Of a DNA stretch of 29,976 nt, positions 27,376 to 29,976 are shown piece after piece (the first letter of the stretch is position 1; each line of letters starts with the position of its first letter). The notes under the pieces were generated by a model. That model was not told the DNA's origin and ran no database searches. It was given only the letters and a program-made list of their open reading frames with translations. Origin of the DNA: an uncultured Alcaligenaceae bacterium (lineage in GTDB: Bacteria; Planctomycetota; Planctomycetia; Gemmatales; Gemmataceae); the NCBI GenBank assembly GCA_964574975.1, contig CAZNSL010000002.1, positions 1-29,976 of the forward strand. The letters are read 5' to 3'. Both the position numbers and the translations under genes were made by a program.

Positions 27376-27846
27376 GTGCGACCACTTCATCTTGCCGCGG
27401 TTACCGTCTTGACTCTGGTCGGACCAGTGTGGCCACAGGTTCCAACGCCACCACTGGCGACACGCGAGATTGTCGCTGCCCTAATCGACACGCTCCGCGA
27501 CCCCGATGTAGAGGTCCGCACCTATTCTGCCGTTGCACTTGCAGCAGTGGGAACCGAAGCCGTCGATCCCCTCATCGTCACGTTGGCCGACAAGAACCCG
27601 TCGGCTCGTGCCTATGCCGCTTATTCCCTCGGCGTCATGGGTAGCCCCGCAGCCCCCAGCATCGGCCCGCTCGTGAAGACCCTCAAGGACGAATCGACTG
27701 ACGTGCGGCGGCAAGCCGCACAAGCGCTGAGCCGAATTCTGTCGGCTCAGAAAGTATCAACGGGTACCCTGCTTTCTCCGGCACCGCGGCCGTCCGAGAT
27801 GCCGCCGTCACCGATGTTTCCAGCCCCGGCAGGTACGGGCCGGTGA
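27376..27846 (+). CDS. Secreted HEAT-repeat protein (156 aa)
   Basis: GTG start with a GGGGGA RBS and a signal-like N-terminus. Three HEAT/PBS-type repeats (LRDPDVEVRTYSAVALAAVG, LADKNPSARAYAAYSLG, LKDESTDVRRQAAQAL) and a Pro-rich tail. Confidence 0.8.
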   Translation: MRPLHLAAVTVLTLVGPVWPQVPTPPLATREIVAALIDTLRDPDVEVRTYSAVALAAVGTEAVDPLIVTLADKNPSARAYAAYSLGVMGSPAAPSIGPLVKTLKDESTDVRRQAAQALSRILSAQKVSTGTLLSPAPRPSEMPPSPMFPAPAGTGR

Positions 27847-29045
27847 ATCGACTATCAACGATCGCTGTCGTCGTGTGTGTATGCGCCGCACCGTCGCAAG
27901 AGCGACTGTCGCACCGCGAAATTCCGCACAACCGGAACTTCGACGTGAAACGGGCGTTCGACGAAAAGTTCAAGAACGCTCAGATTCGCGGCGAAGTCGA
28001 TGCGCTCCTGAGGCAGTTGGGCCAAGGGCAGGGCGGCGCATTGGCCGAGCAACTGCGCAAGATGGTCGAGAACGACCCGACTTTGCTGGAAAAAGCCCGC
28101 GAGATGCTCGGTTCGAACGATCCTAAGACGCGCGAACTAGTCCGCGGGGCGATCGATGGCGCGTTGAAGGGTAACCCCGACCTCGGCAAGCTGAACCTTT
28201 CGCCGGAGGAAATGCAGCGCCAGATTCAACAAGCATTCGGCAACGGGCGGTTGAAGGAGACCGTCGGTTCGTCGAGTCGATTGGATTCTCGACAGTCGGT
28301 AGCGAACGAAGATAACCGCCGAGCGTGGGCGCGAGACCTCGCTGCGTGGGCGGAGCGGATGAACAAGAACCGGCTCGCGGAACCATTGCGGAACTCCGCC
28401 GCGGTCAACGGACTGCTCAACGACTTGACGAAAGCCGGCCTCGAATCCGCGAAATCGGGGCGGACGGGTGAAGGGCTGGACGCCCAGTTGTCGCAATGGC
28501 AGGAGTATTTGCAAACTGCCCGCGACTGGCTCCCAGACGAAGTGCCGTCGGCGTTGCGCGAGAGACTCAACAGTCTCGATCTGCCGACACCGGACTTCTC
28601 CGCGCCGCACTTCGACGCGCCGGCCGGACTTGGAAGATTTCCGGCACCAGCAATCAGTGGCATCGCCGACTTACTCCAGTACGCGGCCTACGTCGCTGCC
28701 GCCGTGGCGGCGCTCGTCCTGCTGCGCCGGTTGCGACCGTCGGCCGGCGTCGCCAATCGCCGTAGGAGCGAATTGGTTGCATCGCTCGACGCCGACACAC
28801 TCGCCAATGGTGCGGACCTCATCCGGGCCTTCGAGGCGCTAGCACTGCTTCGTCACGGCGAACCGGCACGCACCTGGCATCACCGAGCCACGGCTGCCGG
28901 CTTTGCCGCCGATGAACGGGACGCCGCTGACCGCCTCGCCGGCCTATACGAATCGACACGATACGCGCCGGAACAGCCGGAGCCGACCGCCGACCAGTTG
29001 GCCGCCGCCCGCCGTGACTTGGCCCGACTTGCGGGGGCCATATGA
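27843..29045 (+). CDS. Membrane-anchored hypothetical protein with a DUF4129-like C-terminal domain
   Basis: GTGA overlap with the HEAT gene. Signal-like N-terminus, helical domain, Pro-rich linker and a TM helix (YAAYVAAAVAALVLL). The C-terminal LAGLYESTRYAPE...AARRDL pattern is DUF4129-like. Confidence 0.7.
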   Translation: MNRLSTIAVVVCVCAAPSQERLSHREIPHNRNFDVKRAFDEKFKNAQIRGEVDALLRQLGQGQGGALAEQLRKMVENDPTLLEKAREMLGSNDPKTRELVRGAIDGALKGNPDLGKLNLSPEEMQRQIQQAFGNGRLKETVGSSSRLDSRQSVANEDNRRAWARDLAAWAERMNKNRLAEPLRNSAAVNGLLNDLTKAGLESAKSGRTGEGLDAQLSQWQEYLQTARDWLPDEVPSALRERLNSLDLPTPDFSAPHFDAPAGLGRFPAPAISGIADLLQYAAYVAAAVAALVLLRRLRPSAGVANRRRSELVASLDADTLANGADLIRAFEALALLRHGEPARTWHHRATAAGFAADERDAADRLAGLYESTRYAPEQPEPTADQLAAARRDLARLAGAI

Positions 29046-29976
29046 GGACAGCATTCGTCGTTGCACTCCTGATCGCATCGGATGTTGTGGCTCAGGTGCC
29101 GTCGCGCGGCGAGTTTTGGAAGGGGACGCACGCCTTCCGGGGAATCCTCAACAAGGAAGGTGTGAGTTCCGTCGTCAGCTTCGATGAGTTGACCGCGGAG
29201 CCAGCTCGCTCCATATTGATCGTCCTCGGTCGTACCGATCGACTCAACGAGTTTTGCGCGTCGGGCGAGGCCACTCGGTTCATGCGCAACGGCGGCGCAA
29301 TCATGTTCGCCACCGACCGGCGCACCGAACCAGCAATCCACAGCACATTCTGGCTGCGAGTCAGCGGTGAAACCATCCGTTCGCCACGACACTGTTACCG
29401 CGAGAACAGCAGGGATCAACACCCGATGCGGGAATGTCCATTGCTGATGGAAGCCACTGGTCGCGGCAAACGCCACCCGATCTTTGCCGGCCTACCGACC
29501 GAGCCGGACGAACTCGTCATTGCGACTAACCTTCCAAGTTTCTTCAGCGACATCGGTCTGCCGTTCCCGCTCGCCAATTTGCCGGGCTACCGCACGTTTT
29601 GGTTCGGGCAACGGTCAGTACAAATGCCAATTCCGTTCGCCTTCGGCGACGACTACCGCGGCGGCGGCCGCTACCTGGCGTTGGCCGACCACAGCTTGTT
29701 CATCAACGACATGATGCTCCAGCCGGACACACACAACTTTCCCTTCGCGGAAAACGTCGTCCGCTGGCTTTCCGACGGTGGGCGGCGCGACCGAGCGTTG
29801 CTTTACGAAGACGGTGCGGTTCAATCGGACTTCAATGTCTCCCTCGAATACGTCGATCCGCCGGTGCCACCCCAGGAAGTCCTCGTCGGAGTCGCCAACC
29901 GTTTTCTCGGCAACCTCCAGCGTGAGGATGCACTCAACCGAACGCTGCTGCGCCTCGTCGATCACCGCACGCTCCT
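29042..29976 (+). CDS. Secreted hypothetical protein, DUF4350/GATase1-like; 3'-truncated by the window and absent from the ORF track
   Basis: ATGA overlap at 29042-29045. My translation is open to the window end: MRTAFVVALLIASDVVAQ...KGTHAFRGIL...FMRNGGAIMFATD...GRYLALADHSLFINDMML...NFPFAENVVRWL... Confidence 0.75.
   Translation, partial: MRTAFVVALLIASDVVAQVPSRGEFWKGTHAFRGILNKEGVSSVVSFDELTAEPARSILIVLGRTDRLNEFCASGEATRFMRNGGAIMFATDRRTEPAIHSTFWLRVSGETIRSPRHCYRENSRDQHPMRECPLLMEATGRGKRHPIFAGLPTEPDELVIATNLPSFFSDIGLPFPLANLPGYRTFWFGQRSVQMPIPFAFGDDYRGGGRYLALADHSLFINDMMLQPDTHNFPFAENVVRWLSDGGRRDRALLYEDGAVQSDFNVSLEYVDPPVPPQEVLVGVANRFLGNLQREDALNRTLLRLVDHRTL

Overview
A GC-rich, gene-dense bacterial window. 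The PVC-type haem protein, HTH-EIIA fusion, split cytochrome b and HEAT/DUF4129-type genes point to a Planctomycete, probably Gemmataceae-like (inference). I saw no RNA genes, CRISPR arrays or mobile elements. The highlight is a five-gene minus-strand operon (9724->1564). It encodes a Tat-type Rieske protein, a short b6-type cytochrome b with the haem c_i Cys, and a subunit-IV-like protein with about 7 extra helices and APWY in place of PEWY. It continues with a 1523-aa membrane-anchored octahaem cytochrome c (3 clustered haems plus 5 repeated His/Met class-I domains) and a secreted protein with an amicyanin-type copper motif (H...CxxHxxM). A sigma54-like -24/-12 element precedes the operon and a GC hairpin closes it. 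The rest is metabolic: pyrG, hisN-mtnA, an enolase-superfamily/PVC haem dehydrogenase/zwf/ROK kinase run, an L-galactose dehydrogenase-like AKR paired with a Zn dehydrogenase, argG-HTH/EIIA-nucleotidyltransferase, a JAB peptidase and TerC. The window ends in a coupled HEAT/DUF4129-like/DUF4350-like operon whose last ORF is missing from the supplied track. Family assignments come from motif recognition by eye, not database searches. Several start codons were moved downstream of the ORF-track starts.
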